DNA of 64,000 bases from Tubiluchus corallicola (taxonomy: Eukaryota > Animalia > Priapulida): contig JAQGDQ010000427.1 of NCBI GenBank assembly GCA_030141605.1, positions 62,001 to 126,000 of the forward strand. Reading direction: 5' to 3'. Each line of letters begins with the position of its first letter. Positions within the stretch are counted from its first letter, which is position 1. Below are positions 61,740 through 64,000 of this stretch, in pieces. A program made the position numbers and the translations under genes. Under the pieces are notes generated by a model. It saw nothing but the letters and a program-made list of their open reading frames with translations. It was not told where the DNA came from and made no database searches.

Positions 61740-64000
61740 AGAAGGAAAACAATGCGCCTAAACAGCCCGTTTTAGGCTGCATGAAACAGCCATGATAGCA
61801 GACATACAAAAAGCATTCTAACAAGCTGGATTACAACATGCAGATAGGGATGTCACCAGATTTCTCTGGATCAAAGACCTATCCATACCAACTATTGACA
61901 AAGACATCTTGCAAATTTTCCGTTTTACATGAGTGTACTCTGGTGTCATCAGTAGCCAATTCTTCTAAATGCCACCGTGGCCTATCATCTGAAACAGACA
62001 ATTTCTGGAATTGTCCAGCAAATACTGATAGACATGTACGTGGATAATATGATTATGGGGATTGATTCCACTTCTGCTGCCTAAGCAATTCAGTTTTATA
62101 TTGAAACAAAACTGATATTCAAAAAAGCAGGAATGAATCTTCGTGAGTGGGCTTCTAACTTTCAACCATCGATGGACAACTAGCAGACAATTGCACTAAT
62201 GGAAACTCCATGAAAGTCCTTGGTTTAAAATGGAATACTCTACTTGATCGTCTCGTGGATTGCTACAGTTTCCAAAATGCACAGATAAAGTGCCAAGTGC
62301 TAAAAGTGACTCCATTAATCTTCGGCCCACTAGGGATTGTGACACAATTGACTCTGCTTGCAAAACTTTTATTGGCAGACCTGTGGGCTCACAAATATAC
62401 ATGAGGCAGCTCCTTATCACCAGATCATCCAGGACAAACAGAATCAGATTGCACATCTTCAGGCACCTATCCTATCCTCATTTCTGATTCCCAATGTGTG
62501 CTGTACCCATTTGGTAGGTAACAACAAAGCCACTATATTGGTATTTGTACTTTTCGGTATATTTCAACCATCTCTGTGACATTGACATAAACAAACACAC
62601 AATTCCTAATAAACTGTTCCGTGTAAGAGCTTATGTCTTTTGTGCCAAGAAGAAGTTCAAAGATACAAGTGTTATTGGAATACTCACAAAGGAAGAACTT
62701 AATCTTGTTAAAGTGACCTGGATAAAACACGCCCAAAGCAAAGAATTCTTCATCAAGGCTCCAGAACATTCACTTGAAGAGGGAAAAACAGACGGCTACT
62801 TTGATCAAGGATTTAAGACAGCAAAATCCAACGCTTGATGACCAATTCTCCTTCCACGACAATGCTATTTCACAAAACTGGTGATAAAATACGTCCAACG
62901 ACTATTGGATTCTGGATGGTAAGTGTTGCGACAATGTACACACGCTGACGTACGGAAGGCCCTCTTTACTGCCTGGCAGAAATGCCAGCTCTGCCATCAG
63001 AGTGGGTCTGGCGACCTAAACCATTTTGACATGTTGGTCTTGACTACAGGAAAAGAACATCACTAGACAAATGTAAACGTTGTTTACAAAAATTATGTCA
63101 GCACTTTAAATTCTGACACCATTTATGATATGTGGAGCAGCTCTTGTGATATAGGGCGCTTTCGTTATGATACCACAAACACTTTTTTTCTACTAATTTC
63201 TGATACATGCTGACACGTGGGTTCAGCGAACCTTTCCATTTAAGCATAGTTCACAGTCGACTGATGGTCAAGTGTCACGTACCAAACCAGCTTGAGAAAT
63301 TATCTACAGTTTACAGAAAAAGTTGTGTTTGCCTTTCTAGTTTTTTGGAAACACGAGCAGTGCATCTAGAGCTGGTGATTGACATGCGCACAGAATTTTT
63401 GCTAGCATTTCGCATATTTGTTGCAAGACAAGGTTGTCCTGACACCACCATCAGCGATAATGTAGACCAATTTCATCTAGCCAAACAAGCTTTGGACACC
63501 CATTTCACAAAACCATGATGTCTCAAGACGTTCAAAAACACTTTGCACGTGAGAATATCAAATGGAAATTTATTGTTGCAAATCACCACAGTCACCAATA
63601 CGAAAGACTGGTTGGACTGGTCAAACGTTGCTTGTAAAGATCACTTGGGACAAGAGTCTTAACCAAACATCAGCTAATCACAGTACTGGCTGAAATTGAG
63701 ATGGTACTCAACAACCATCCATTAATATACCTGGACCAAGGTATCAATTCTAGTAGATTTCATTACACCAGCTCACTTTCTAACATTTCACTCACTTAAC
63801 CTTGTTGCCTCAAATGAACAACTCAAAGAACATACAGATTACAAACCAAACACTTCCAATAAAGACAATTTGAATGAAAGCTGGAAAAGTGAATTTCCTT
63901 ATTAGTCTCATTCTGGTCTACATGGCAAAATGAATATCTATTAAGCTTGTGTGAACACAATCAGTCACAACATCGACAATCTCGATCATTATTCCCCCAA
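61740..64000 (+). mobile_element. BEL/Pao LTR retrotransposon pol remnant (RT, Pao peptidase A17/RNase H region, integrase); runs off the window end
   Basis: IADIQKAF, DRDVTRFLW, YVDN (~62037), AGMNLREWASN, KVLGLKWN, IFGPLGIV, ETRAVHLELV, FVARQGCPDTTISDN, YERLVGLVKR, TPAHFL, WQNEYLLSL. Confidence 0.93.

Overview
AT-rich, repeat-saturated eukaryotic DNA that looks like an invertebrate animal genome; the species cannot be determined from the sequence. I find no intact protein-coding gene, rRNA, tRNA or CRISPR array. Nearly all ORFs in the supplied track are translations of satellites, microsatellites or decayed transposons. Positions 1-38.7 kb are a mosaic of about 10 sequence modules that recur 2-5 times in the same orientation but in shuffled order. 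Between them lie three arrays of a 102/115-bp satellite, a 72-bp satellite array and an intronless carbohydrate-sulfotransferase (Sulfotransfer_2) pseudogene. Positions 38.4-43.3 kb are bracketed by ~230-bp inverted Kolobok-like ends. They enclose a spliced THAP-domain gene remnant cut off by a Penelope-like 3' fragment that carries an apparently intact minimal hammerhead ribozyme. Positions 52-64 kb are nested old elements: an RTE LINE interrupted by an AcademX-like remnant, a second AcademX-like remnant and a BEL/Pao pol. All family assignments come from motif recognition by eye, with no database search, and most repeat boundaries are approximate.
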